NCBI GenBank assembly: GCA_044347345.1
Contig: JBIKUX010000039.1
Span: 1-15,671 of the forward strand
Length of the DNA stretch: 15,671 nucleotides
DNA from: Bdellovibrionota bacterium
GTDB lineage: Bacteria > Bdellovibrionota_C > UBA2361 > JBIKUX01
Direction: 5' to 3'
A model generated the notes under the pieces. That model saw only the letters and a list, made by a program, of their open reading frames with translations, was not told where the DNA came from and did not search any database. Below, piece by piece: positions 1-8,438 of the stretch (position 1 is its first letter; each line of letters begins with the position of its first letter). Made by a program: the position numbers and the translations under genes.

Positions 1-432
1 AAAGATGAAGTTGCCCGCAAAATTCGTATAGATACCAATCTAAGAGAGTTAGAAGAACATATATTTAAACTGAAAAGAATGTTTTTGTTCATTTCTTCTG
101 GACAAAAATTTAAGGGAGCTGATATCGCTACTCGAACTGTGAGGAGTCTACTATCCACATTATCTCAGAGTCCTGAGGCTTACTATTCTTGCCAACGCTC
201 TAACAGTTGTATTTCAGTATCTACTGCTACAGTCGCTCAAGATGCAGGTAAAGTCATAAAAAAACTAAGTCGACAACTTACGGTACTAGCTGATGAATTA
301 ATACGAATTGCTAAACTAGCGAGAAGAGAACGCAGTCGTATCAAGTCGTTTCAAAAAAATAAACTTCATAGTGTTAACCGAGAATTAAAATCACTTCCGC
401 GCACTTCCTCATTCTGTACAGATTTACAATGA
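1..432 (+). CDS. Hypothetical protein, C-terminal part (5' truncated by window edge)
   Basis: Frame 1 is open from base 1 (KDEVARKIRIDTNLRELEEHIFKLKR then MFLF...) to TGA at 430-432, so the listed start at 79 is probably internal. Helical, charged sequence with no recognised motif. Confidence 0.6.
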   Translation, partial: KDEVARKIRIDTNLRELEEHIFKLKRMFLFISSGQKFKGADIATRTVRSLLSTLSQSPEAYYSCQRSNSCISVSTATVAQDAGKVIKKLSRQLTVLADELIRIAKLARRERSRIKSFQKNKLHSVNRELKSLPRTSSFCTDLQ

Positions 433-1877
433 TTGTTGGGCTCGACATTATCACACTGCAATTGTCTCAATATGCTTTGAGAAACTGTAGCAGCTTGAGA
501 TCTTATTGTTCTAACAGAGGTACTCTCAAAAATAGCTCCCCGACAAAGAGCTCCTAAAGTATAAATTTTAGGGATTGTTTGACCTGATTGATTAGTTAAA
601 AGTCCCAAATTATCGGATAAAATCCCCAGCCCTAGTGAGTCAAAAAATAGTAACCCTTGCTCTGCCATGGAGCGAAGTACAGGACTATCGCAAGTGTGAA
701 GATTACTCCAGAGGCCTCGACAATCAATGCAGGCTGAGAATGGGCCAAGATGTCTTGATGTATTTGCTACATTGATCCAAATCCCTTGTGAATTCTCCAC
801 TAAATCACAATCTTTTATAGCCTTACGCAAAATTTTTAGTCGGCCTTGAATCTGCAAGTTTGTTATAGTCTGATGGCTTGAAGGTGGAATTCGGTGGCGA
901 TGCACCTCCCAATAAGCACGTAGCTTACTCAAAAAAAGTGTTCGTTCCGGTAATGATAGAGATTGCCAAATTATAGGAATATAGCCTCTTAATTCATCTA
1001 ACACTACACGCCATTCCTTACCCCTTATTTCTCTTCGAAGAAGTTTTAGTTTGGTTCGAAGCGATTGCTTCGAAGTCAGCTCATTAATTAATTTTTTCGG
1101 TATAGAATAAGGTAATTGAGAAAACGGTAACTCACTCGAAGATGCCTGATTTGCATGTTGGTGAGCATGTTTATGAGGTAACAGACCCTTACGCGAGATA
1201 AGCGTATATTGTCCTGTAAAACCCTCTGACTCAAAACTAAGTACAGTATCTACTGCTGTGAGGCCTGTTCCAATGATGGCAATGTGTGAGCTCGTGCGAG
1301 CTAGACTAGAGATTCTATCACTATTCCACGGATTCACTAACTTACCAGTATCTGGTTCCTTTTTATCAAATTTATGTTCAGTTCCTTTAGGGGAGTTTCC
1401 TACCGCTATTACGATTGTTTTAGAGAGGTAGCGAAATCCTGTTTCTGTAGCTATTAGATAAAAAGAGGAATCATATTTGTCCACTGAATTAACGGAGTCA
1501 GTCAGTGAGCTAAAGGAAATTAAGTCACTGTGTTGTGTGATGACACTGTTAAGAGTATCCATGACGAAGCGCTGATATAAGAATCTAGGCACAAAATCAT
1601 CAGGTGAAAACGGCAAATTTTGCTCACCGATCCAACGATAAAAAGCACTAGGGTCTGCTTCCTCAATCCCCATTGAGACGGCGGGTACGTTAAGTAAATG
1701 ATAAGGCTTGGTTGTGCTATAAGCTATGCCAGCACACAGAAGCTCGCGAGGCTCAATAATACAAATTTTTAATTTGAAGGCTTCTTTTGCTGCCGCCCGT
1801 ATTAGTTGAATGACAACTGAGCTCCCACTTGTTCCTCCACCAATTACGACTACATCATAAGTTTGATAAGATTGCAT
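366..1877 (-). CDS. FAD/NAD(P)-binding oxidoreductase (NAD_binding_9 / YdhS-like family)
   Basis: N-terminal Rossmann motif VVVIGGGTSG; family-typical GIAYST..PYHLLNVPA..M and FVPR..Y; second dinucleotide motif IIGTGLTAVD; ISRKGLLP; YWEVHRHRIPP; C-terminal YTLGALCRG..FES. 503 aa. Confidence 0.9.
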   Translation of the reverse strand: MQSYQTYDVVVIGGGTSGSSVVIQLIRAAAKEAFKLKICIIEPRELLCAGIAYSTTKPYHLLNVPAVSMGIEEADPSAFYRWIGEQNLPFSPDDFVPRFLYQRFVMDTLNSVITQHSDLISFSSLTDSVNSVDKYDSSFYLIATETGFRYLSKTIVIAVGNSPKGTEHKFDKKEPDTGKLVNPWNSDRISSLARTSSHIAIIGTGLTAVDTVLSFESEGFTGQYTLISRKGLLPHKHAHQHANQASSSELPFSQLPYSIPKKLINELTSKQSLRTKLKLLRREIRGKEWRVVLDELRGYIPIIWQSLSLPERTLFLSKLRAYWEVHRHRIPPSSHQTITNLQIQGRLKILRKAIKDCDLVENSQGIWINVANTSRHLGPFSACIDCRGLWSNLHTCDSPVLRSMAEQGLLFFDSLGLGILSDNLGLLTNQSGQTIPKIYTLGALCRGAIFESTSVRTIRSQAATVSQSILRQLQCDNVEPNNHCKSVQNEEVRGSDFNSRLTL

Positions 1878-1949
1878 AAGTTTTAGTTGATTTTAAGCGT
1901 TTATTAAGGCTCTGTTCGCTATTAAAGTTTGTGTCCAATAACATCTAAT

Positions 1950-3200
1950 ATGCGTAACTTTATAATATGCTTTGCTATTCTGACTTTCTGTTTATACTTT
2001 TTTTTATGGCCTCGCTTTGTTAATCATGCCGCGGAGTGGGATGCAATAGCTTATACCGCAGTAGTTTATAATACTAAAAAGTTATCTCCAAAAAATCTCC
2101 ACTTAGAAACCTTTTCTTCAATAAAGTCAGAAGTATCACCATTATTATTTGATGAACTTACTCAGGTTAGTTCGTATAGAAGGACAATGGCACATAATCC
2201 AGAGGCTTTTAATCAACAGCTTCCTTTTTATACTACAAAAATTCTGTATATAGCTCTTCTCAAATTATGTTACCAATATTTTGGCTTTGAACCACTTTTT
2301 GCTATGGCAGTTTTATCTTTATTAAGTGTCATACTCACTTTTGCCCTAATTGTCTTGTTCTTTAATCAATCGGTTGGGCTCAACTCAAGTGTCTTGTTAT
2401 CTTTACTCGTATCTATCTTATCCGGTTACCATAATGCCGCTTCGTTTAGGCTCCCAGATCCATTGATAATGTTTTTTTCAGTATTAGTTGTTTTTGCAAT
2501 TTTAAATCGAAGATCTCTGTTACAGATTTTTATTTGCGGTGTGTTAGCTGTGCTACTTAGGTCTGATGTTGCCGTAACCGTTTCAGGACTAATTATTTGT
2601 AACGGTATACTCGCATTTTGCGAAGACCCTTCTTCTAGTAAAAGGATGAGACTTATAATTAGTCATATGTTTGCTGCAGTTTTTATACTTGTTGGTATGC
2701 CCGTCGTTAACTGGATGGGTGGAGGGTATAATTTTAAAGTGCTCTTTCATCATACTTTTGTAGAGTATCTTATATATCCAAAAACAGCGTATGTAGCATC
2801 TGTAACATTATTTGAGTATATCTATTTGATTAAAAATGCCTTTGTCGCTCTAATATTAGATTTTAGAGCATCTATTGGAGTTTTAGGATTGATGTTGTGT
2901 GGTTTTACCTGGTTAAGTCTTTCTACCAATAGAAAATTTCTTCCTAGAGGGCGTTTATTTAATTACTTGAATGATAGGCTTACAAATAAAACAGCCAAAA
3001 AATTTGTTCTTTTTCGGCCAATATTAGTGGGGCTTGTAGCATATTTTACTTTGATAATTAGACTTCTCATTTTTCCTCTTGCCACGCATCGTTTTATTTT
3101 ACCGATCTGCGTAATTATTTGGGTCTGTTTATTAATTTTTTTAGTCTCTTGGTGTAGAGTGTGTACAGCTAAAGTAGATAATAAAAATTTTAAAAATTAG
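1950..3200 (+). CDS. Polytopic integral membrane protein, possibly GT-C-like glycosyltransferase
   Basis: Roughly 10 hydrophobic segments. A first TM helix is followed by an acidic WD..AY motif and a large loop; RLPD and LLRSD loop motifs occur later. In-frame ATG at 1950 preferred over TTG at 1929. The GT-C assignment is inferred from topology only. Confidence 0.6.
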   Translation: MRNFIICFAILTFCLYFFLWPRFVNHAAEWDAIAYTAVVYNTKKLSPKNLHLETFSSIKSEVSPLLFDELTQVSSYRRTMAHNPEAFNQQLPFYTTKILYIALLKLCYQYFGFEPLFAMAVLSLLSVILTFALIVLFFNQSVGLNSSVLLSLLVSILSGYHNAASFRLPDPLIMFFSVLVVFAILNRRSLLQIFICGVLAVLLRSDVAVTVSGLIICNGILAFCEDPSSSKRMRLIISHMFAAVFILVGMPVVNWMGGGYNFKVLFHHTFVEYLIYPKTAYVASVTLFEYIYLIKNAFVALILDFRASIGVLGLMLCGFTWLSLSTNRKFLPRGRLFNYLNDRLTNKTAKKFVLFRPILVGLVAYFTLIIRLLIFPLATHRFILPICVIIWVCLLIFLVSWCRVCTAKVDNKNFKN

Positions 3201-3208
3201 CGTTTGCA

Positions 3209-4582
3209 GTGACTAGATTCTTAATATTGTCATTTTTGATATTTTTTTCAAATGTATCTAGTTCCAAGGCGGAAGTTCTGGAGCTTTTTGTTGATGACTC
3301 TTCAGGACAGGTGTTTGTTGCTCCAGGGTCTAATCGGAGCTCCATTGGATATTTCAAAAAAGTCGCTCCATCCTCGAACAAACGATCACACAAGGTTGAC
3401 GAGGAAACCATTGATAAAAAAGCTTCAGGTAAACCGCAAAGCTCGCAAAAAATGGCCTGGTATGAGCGTTTTTCTGTTAGAGGATATTCACAATTGCGAG
3501 GAAATTGGTTAATGGATAGTAAAGATGGAGAGTGGTTTCATCCGTCAGACAGGTCTGTTCGAGAAGACCAAACATTTTTTTTACGCCGAAGTCGCCTAGT
3601 TCTTAGTGGCTACGCTACTGACAGGTTGTTCATCTATCTGCAACCAGATTTAAGCTCAAAACCCTCTGATGGGGACTTTTCTGTTCAACTTAGAGATTTA
3701 TACGGAGACTATATTTTAGATTCGGATGAAACATTACGTCTGCGCTTTGGTCAGACTATAATTCCCTACGGTTTTTCTAATCTCCAATCTAGTAGTAGAA
3801 GAGCTCCGTTTGAGCGAGCTGAGGCAATTAATAGCGGCGCCGAGGGTGAGCGTGATAACGGAGTGTTTTTCTTTTTTACACCTAAAGAGGCCCAGCGACG
3901 CTTTAAGCTTCTCACTCAAGAGCATTTTAAGGGGAGTGGAGATTATGGGGTTTTTTCGTTTGGTTTGTACACTGGACAGGGGTTAAATCGAGACGACCGC
4001 AACAACGAACTACACTCAGTAGCACGTTTAGCGTACCCATTTCGTTTAGAATCTGGTCAATATATCGAGTCCAATATTGCCGGATATTTTGGCAGGTACT
4101 TACCAACTGTTAACTCCTATTCACTGGATAATCAAACAGTTCTTATCCCTGATATATCTGAGGAGGGAGTTGTGGATAAGAGAATAGCGTTATCGCTCAT
4201 TATGCATCCCGATCCCTTTGGTTTTGAAGCTGAATGGAATGTGGGGCAAGGCCCAAGGCTTGATCCATATAAGGGCATAATTACCAGTGAATTTGTTCGT
4301 GGCGGATATGTTTTATTAAACTATCATATCCCAACGAGTATTGGTCGATTTTTGCCGTTTATTAGGTGGCAGACTTATGATGGGGGAAGAAAATTTGCCA
4401 TCAACGCTCCGCATGTATCTGTGGATGAGTGGGACTTAGGCAGTGAATGGGAGTTTGCCTCTAATCTTGAATTAACTCTTCAATATTCGTTTACACCAAG
4501 TCGCACTGATTCTCGAGAGTTTCCCTATGAAGAATTACGCGATGGTCATAGGATTGGAGCCCAGATCCAATTAAGTTACTAG
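3209..4582 (+). CDS. Outer-membrane porin, OprO/OprP (anion-selective) like
   Basis: Signal peptide (..SSSKA|EV); WYERFSVRGYSQLR; FFLRRSRLVLSG; LRDLYGD; LRFGQ..IPYGFSNLQSS..R..FER; alternating beta-strand pattern; C-terminal aromatic residue (IQLSY) typical of OM beta-barrels. Confidence 0.85.
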   Translation: MTRFLILSFLIFFSNVSSSKAEVLELFVDDSSGQVFVAPGSNRSSIGYFKKVAPSSNKRSHKVDEETIDKKASGKPQSSQKMAWYERFSVRGYSQLRGNWLMDSKDGEWFHPSDRSVREDQTFFLRRSRLVLSGYATDRLFIYLQPDLSSKPSDGDFSVQLRDLYGDYILDSDETLRLRFGQTIIPYGFSNLQSSSRRAPFERAEAINSGAEGERDNGVFFFFTPKEAQRRFKLLTQEHFKGSGDYGVFSFGLYTGQGLNRDDRNNELHSVARLAYPFRLESGQYIESNIAGYFGRYLPTVNSYSLDNQTVLIPDISEEGVVDKRIALSLIMHPDPFGFEAEWNVGQGPRLDPYKGIITSEFVRGGYVLLNYHIPTSIGRFLPFIRWQTYDGGRKFAINAPHVSVDEWDLGSEWEFASNLELTLQYSFTPSRTDSREFPYEELRDGHRIGAQIQLSY

Positions 4583-4651
4583 ACTTGTGGTTTAAAAAGA
4601 TTTTTTATTCAAGATAAATAGGGCTTTTGCTTTTAGATTTGCTAACCTATT

Positions 4652-4675
4652 TTAAGAAAGGTTCTTAATTAAGAA
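4652..4675. promoter_or_regulatory. Triple alternating TTAAGAA half-site element (operator-like)
   Basis: TTAAGAA(4652-58)-AGG-TTCTTAA(4662-68)-TTAAGAA(4669-75): two overlapping inverted repeats 32 bp upstream of ATG 4708. AT-rich, so chance occurrence is possible. Confidence 0.3.
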
Positions 4676-4707
4676 TAATTGCTAAAAGTATCAGCGGTTA
4701 AAAATTT

Positions 4708-5172
4708 ATGATTACGCGCTTTTTTGCTATATTGCCCCAAATATTAATGGTAGTAGGTGGTGTATCGTGTGTAAATGCGCGAACAAATTTAGATGAGGTT
4801 CATTCTCAGGCTGAGCAGGAGTTTACGCTAGGTATCGTTCAGCGAGATCTTCATAAAGGGATGACTCAAGCTGAAGTAGCAGCAGCTCTGGGCTCGCCAA
4901 ATATCGTTAATCGTGACCGAGAAGGTGTTGAGGCTTGGGTATACGATAAAATAGCGAGTGTTACCAGTTATTCACGAAGTTCAGGCGGTTTTGCTGGACT
5001 CGGTGGTGGAGGTGGGTCTCCAGGTTCAGGACTACTGCTTGGCCTGGGGATGGGGTCTTACGATAAAAATACAGCGGCTGTTGCTAGCACTCAGAAAACC
5101 CTTACGGTTATCATTAAATTTGGCAAAGACGGCAGAGTTTCTGACTACTCTTATCATTCCTCTAAATTTTAA
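4708..5172 (+). CDS. BamE/SmpA-OmlA domain lipoprotein with glycine-rich insert
   Basis: Lipoprotein-like signal ending GVSC; LHKGMTQAEVAAALGSP and E.WVY motifs; C-terminal LTVIIKFGKDGRVSDY, all typical of the SmpA/OmlA fold. Confidence 0.8.
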   Translation: MITRFFAILPQILMVVGGVSCVNARTNLDEVHSQAEQEFTLGIVQRDLHKGMTQAEVAAALGSPNIVNRDREGVEAWVYDKIASVTSYSRSSGGFAGLGGGGGSPGSGLLLGLGMGSYDKNTAAVASTQKTLTVIIKFGKDGRVSDYSYHSSKF

Positions 5173-5181
5173 TTTGTAAGT

Positions 5182-5736
5182 ATGTTTTTGCGGGTAGATT
5201 TCTTAATAAGCCTCTCCTTAACACTCTGTGTATTGGCGTGTACGCCCCCGACACCAATTATTCCGAGAAGTGCGCTCCAAATGAGGGAGATGCAAACTAG
5301 ATTATATGAGAATGTTCAAGCCACGCAGGTGCAAAAAGCTGTATTTGATGTTTTGCAGGATGACGGATACGTAGTTAAGAATGCTGAACCGAGCCTTGGG
5401 TTACTAACAGCAGTAAAAGAAGTGAGTATTTCTTCACGAAGAGACGGTTCTGTACGGGAAGGCATAAACTTTGGCGCAGGGTTTGGTTTTGGGCCTTATG
5501 GGTTTTGGGGTGAGCCTAATTCTCAGGAGCAGTGGCCCGCTTTAGAAGTGGTAGAATCGTCGGTGAATGTTACGCCATTTGGTAAGGGGGTAAAGGTAAG
5601 AGTTACATTTCAGAAGCGCATCCTAAATAATTTCGGGGGTCCTGTTTCATCAATCATGATTGATGATTTGAATTTTTATCAAAATTTTTTCTCGAAAGTT
5701 GATAAAAGTTTATACCTACTCAGAGAAAAACTTTGA
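5182..5736 (+). CDS. Putative lipoprotein of unknown function
   Basis: Lipobox VLAC at residue 20 followed by a Pro-rich tether; alpha/beta pattern (VFDVLQDDGYVVKNAEPSLGLLTA); 9 bp downstream of the preceding gene. Confidence 0.75.
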   Translation: MFLRVDFLISLSLTLCVLACTPPTPIIPRSALQMREMQTRLYENVQATQVQKAVFDVLQDDGYVVKNAEPSLGLLTAVKEVSISSRRDGSVREGINFGAGFGFGPYGFWGEPNSQEQWPALEVVESSVNVTPFGKGVKVRVTFQKRILNNFGGPVSSIMIDDLNFYQNFFSKVDKSLYLLREKL

Positions 5737-5793
5737 TTTGTATAATTATCGGGAGAATCAAAAACCTTGTATATGTCGAGCGATATTTTCAAA

Positions 5794-5815
5794 ATCGTAA
5801 TTAAGCAATTACGAT
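5794..5815. promoter_or_regulatory. Perfect 9-bp inverted repeat (operator or hairpin)
   Basis: ATCGTAATT-AAGC-AATTACGAT, 31 bp upstream of ATG 5847; a T7 run follows at 5823-5829. Confidence 0.5.
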
Positions 5816-5846
5816 GCACAGGTTTTTTTGAGTCTGCTGCTAATTT

Positions 5847-8438
5847 ATGACTACACCATTTAACTCCAATCGGTTTAATTTTAAGCGAGGTTTAGCACTA
5901 CTAAAGGAAGATTTTAGTAAAGAATCAGTAGTATCAACTACAACTACTACTGAGTGCTGTAGAGGATTTTTTACTGGTTATACTCATTCAGTGCTTGTTT
6001 GGCGTAGTTATCAAACTATTCCAATAAATAACGCTGGCGCTTTTTCTGATAGTAATACTTTTTCTGATAGTAATATTGAGGCTATTTTTACTAGTCTTAG
6101 TAAAATTGTATCTGTAGGTCTTCCGTCGGTTGCACCTGTTGATGGCGGAATCGATAGAGAGGGTATACCTTATGTAGCGCTTAAACCAATTTTTGGTGAG
6201 GCTCTTACTTTGCGAAGTTATGAGTATCGTGAAGCTGAGCGTCGCTTTGTATTGTGTGCTAATCTCATTGCAACTCTTCACGAGAATAAAGTTTGCTTAG
6301 GTAATGTTACACCAGGATCTTTTTGGGCAAGTAGCGACGGCACACTTTGTCTTCTTGGCATACTGGGAGTTTGCGCACCGATTACTAATCAAGTCTTAGG
6401 CTTAGCTTTTGATAGAGGTATAGATAGCTTTATTGCTCCAGAAGTAAGGCACGGAAAACTACCTACTGCTCATTCTGATGTTTATTCTCTTGGTGTGTTG
6501 CTGGCTTTGTTTTTTACCGGCAGACTTCCCAAAACTGATTCAGTATCAGGCTCAGTCTCGACCAAATTGTATGAAGATTTTTATGAGGGGCTGGCCAGTC
6601 ATAAGTCTATTCCCTCTTGGATTGGCTCTGTAGTAAGGCGAGCAACTCAATTTCAACCGTTAGAGCGGTACGGTTCTGCTGCCGAATTACTAGCAGATAT
6701 TATGGAAGCAAAAAAGGAGCTACTTAAGGGTAGCTCTTCCCTTATAGTTACCTCGCGCGCAAATTTGCCCAGTACTGCCACTGACAATATGCCAGATGTT
6801 AGGGAGACTCCTCCTGCAAGAGTTAAGGAAAATGTGGCTAAAGTTGGTTCTAAAGGGCGCCGAAGCTTGCCAGCTACTGAGTTAGATAACAAAAGATTTA
6901 ACCTAAAATTAGCGAGTTTGGGATTTTCTGTTCTATTGATATTCGGTATTTTTGTGGGGTTTTTATTTTGGTGGAACAAAAAACCAGATTCTTTTCAAGA
7001 ACAATATGCAGACTCTTTAAGTCAACTATCTTCTGACGGTCTGAGAAGAGCGGTTGTTTCTCTTGTTGAAGGACACAAAAGTGCTGAGCAGAAGATTAGC
7101 TTAGCTACTTTAATAGAGCTTCGTGACCCATTATCTTTTGTTTTATTGGCTCAAGGGATACAAAGTGAAGAGAAGTCAGCTAGCTTATTAAGTGCTATTA
7201 AACAGCTTGGAAAAATAGAAAAATGCTCCAATAGCATTGAAGTATTTTTAACAGAATTACTTTTACTTAAAAGCAGTGGTCAGAATAAATCTAGCTCATC
7301 TTATGCTGCGCCAAATGCAAATATGCACAGTATGCCTCTTAGCCTTATTCAAAGTGTGAACCCTTTTATTGATGTACCCACTCGACTTAAGGCTCTCTAC
7401 GATGGATTTGTTGAGTCTCCGCGTATAGTTTTGAATCTATTGGCGGCTCTAGTGGTTGATGATCTACCCAAAGGTACTTATTTACCCGTATCGCAGGAGA
7501 TTATTGGAGCTGCACTTAATAGGCCAGACCTAAAGAATTTAGACGGGGTAAGCCTGCTGCTCATTCATCCAGATACTGCCGCTATAGTTGCTAAAAAAGC
7601 AGATGTTCTCGTCCGTAGTGTACCGCAACGGGAGATGTTTATCGTTCTTGATTATTTGGTTAGTCGTAACGACACTGCCATGATCGCCCTAATGGCAGGA
7701 GCAATCGCAGAAAAAGAGGGAGCAAGGCGTCCTGCTATAAAACCTGCCATAGATATCTTAACGCAAGCCACAAGCAAACTCACCATTCCTGTAGCATCTC
7801 TACTCGTTAGAACTATTAAAGGTGAAAATACTGAGGATGATTTACAAACTATATCTGATGAAAAAAGTCAAAACATTCTTAGTGTTCTTGATGTAGATTC
7901 CAAAAAAAATGTAGATAGACTTCTGTGGAGCATGGTGCTCTTAAATAACTCCCCTAAAGTTTCTCAGCTGGCTTTTGACCTTGTCACTTCCAGACCAAAT
8001 TTAAGTCCTCTTCTCAAGAGATCTTTAAATTGGATCAGACAGGCAAAATTGTGGCATGAGCGATATTTGTACTCCCGTTTTTTTGCCGCTATAGAACTGG
8101 CTGATCTGGTTTTAGACGGCGACCTGCGTTTTTATGCCAAAGAAACTATACGGGAGCGCGAAAGAGGATTGTTGCGCGTTTTGCTTAACTACGGCTCTCA
8201 ATCTTTATCTCTACTGTTACTAAATGAAAGAGCAGATTTGATAGGTATTCAGGAGCTAGTACCTCTTCTCAATCATAAAGAGCCTAAGGTAAGGATTGCC
8301 GCATTGGATAATTTAGGTGGTTCAAAGGATGAAAATATCATGCGGATAATTGCTGATAGATATAGGAATGAAACTGATGAAAGCGTACAAGTGCACTATA
8401 GAACGATTTTCCCTGTCCTCAATGCTAAAGCTTACTAA
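5847..8438 (+). CDS. Membrane-anchored Ser/Thr protein kinase-like protein (probable pseudokinase) with C-terminal helical/HEAT-repeat domain
   Basis: C-lobe motifs intact (FIAPE, SDVYSLG, TGRLP, P.ERY.SA.EL); GIPYVAL resembles subdomain V. Single TM at about 6909-6974. C-terminal HEAT-like LVPLLNHKEPKVRIAALDNLG. Catalytic motifs are degenerate. Confidence 0.85.
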   Translation: MTTPFNSNRFNFKRGLALLKEDFSKESVVSTTTTTECCRGFFTGYTHSVLVWRSYQTIPINNAGAFSDSNTFSDSNIEAIFTSLSKIVSVGLPSVAPVDGGIDREGIPYVALKPIFGEALTLRSYEYREAERRFVLCANLIATLHENKVCLGNVTPGSFWASSDGTLCLLGILGVCAPITNQVLGLAFDRGIDSFIAPEVRHGKLPTAHSDVYSLGVLLALFFTGRLPKTDSVSGSVSTKLYEDFYEGLASHKSIPSWIGSVVRRATQFQPLERYGSAAELLADIMEAKKELLKGSSSLIVTSRANLPSTATDNMPDVRETPPARVKENVAKVGSKGRRSLPATELDNKRFNLKLASLGFSVLLIFGIFVGFLFWWNKKPDSFQEQYADSLSQLSSDGLRRAVVSLVEGHKSAEQKISLATLIELRDPLSFVLLAQGIQSEEKSASLLSAIKQLGKIEKCSNSIEVFLTELLLLKSSGQNKSSSSYAAPNANMHSMPLSLIQSVNPFIDVPTRLKALYDGFVESPRIVLNLLAALVVDDLPKGTYLPVSQEIIGAALNRPDLKNLDGVSLLLIHPDTAAIVAKKADVLVRSVPQREMFIVLDYLVSRNDTAMIALMAGAIAEKEGARRPAIKPAIDILTQATSKLTIPVASLLVRTIKGENTEDDLQTISDEKSQNILSVLDVDSKKNVDRLLWSMVLLNNSPKVSQLAFDLVTSRPNLSPLLKRSLNWIRQAKLWHERYLYSRFFAAIELADLVLDGDLRFYAKETIRERERGLLRVLLNYGSQSLSLLLLNERADLIGIQELVPLLNHKEPKVRIAALDNLGGSKDENIMRIIADRYRNETDESVQVHYRTIFPVLNAKAY
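6040..6075 (+). repeat. Perfect 18-bp tandem duplication (in frame)
   Basis: CTTTTTCTGATAGTAATA x2, giving AFSDSN-TFSDSN in the kinase N-lobe. Confidence 0.95.

Noticed and set aside
3190-3925. Short ORFs 3190-3411(-), 3252-3512(+) and 3734-3925(-)
   Set aside because: Shadow frames over the well-supported porin gene; no motifs.
8350-8421. Listed upstream start of the TlpA-like ORF
   Set aside because: It would overlap the kinase gene by 89 bp and bury the signal peptide; ATG 8422 gives a proper lipoprotein signal.
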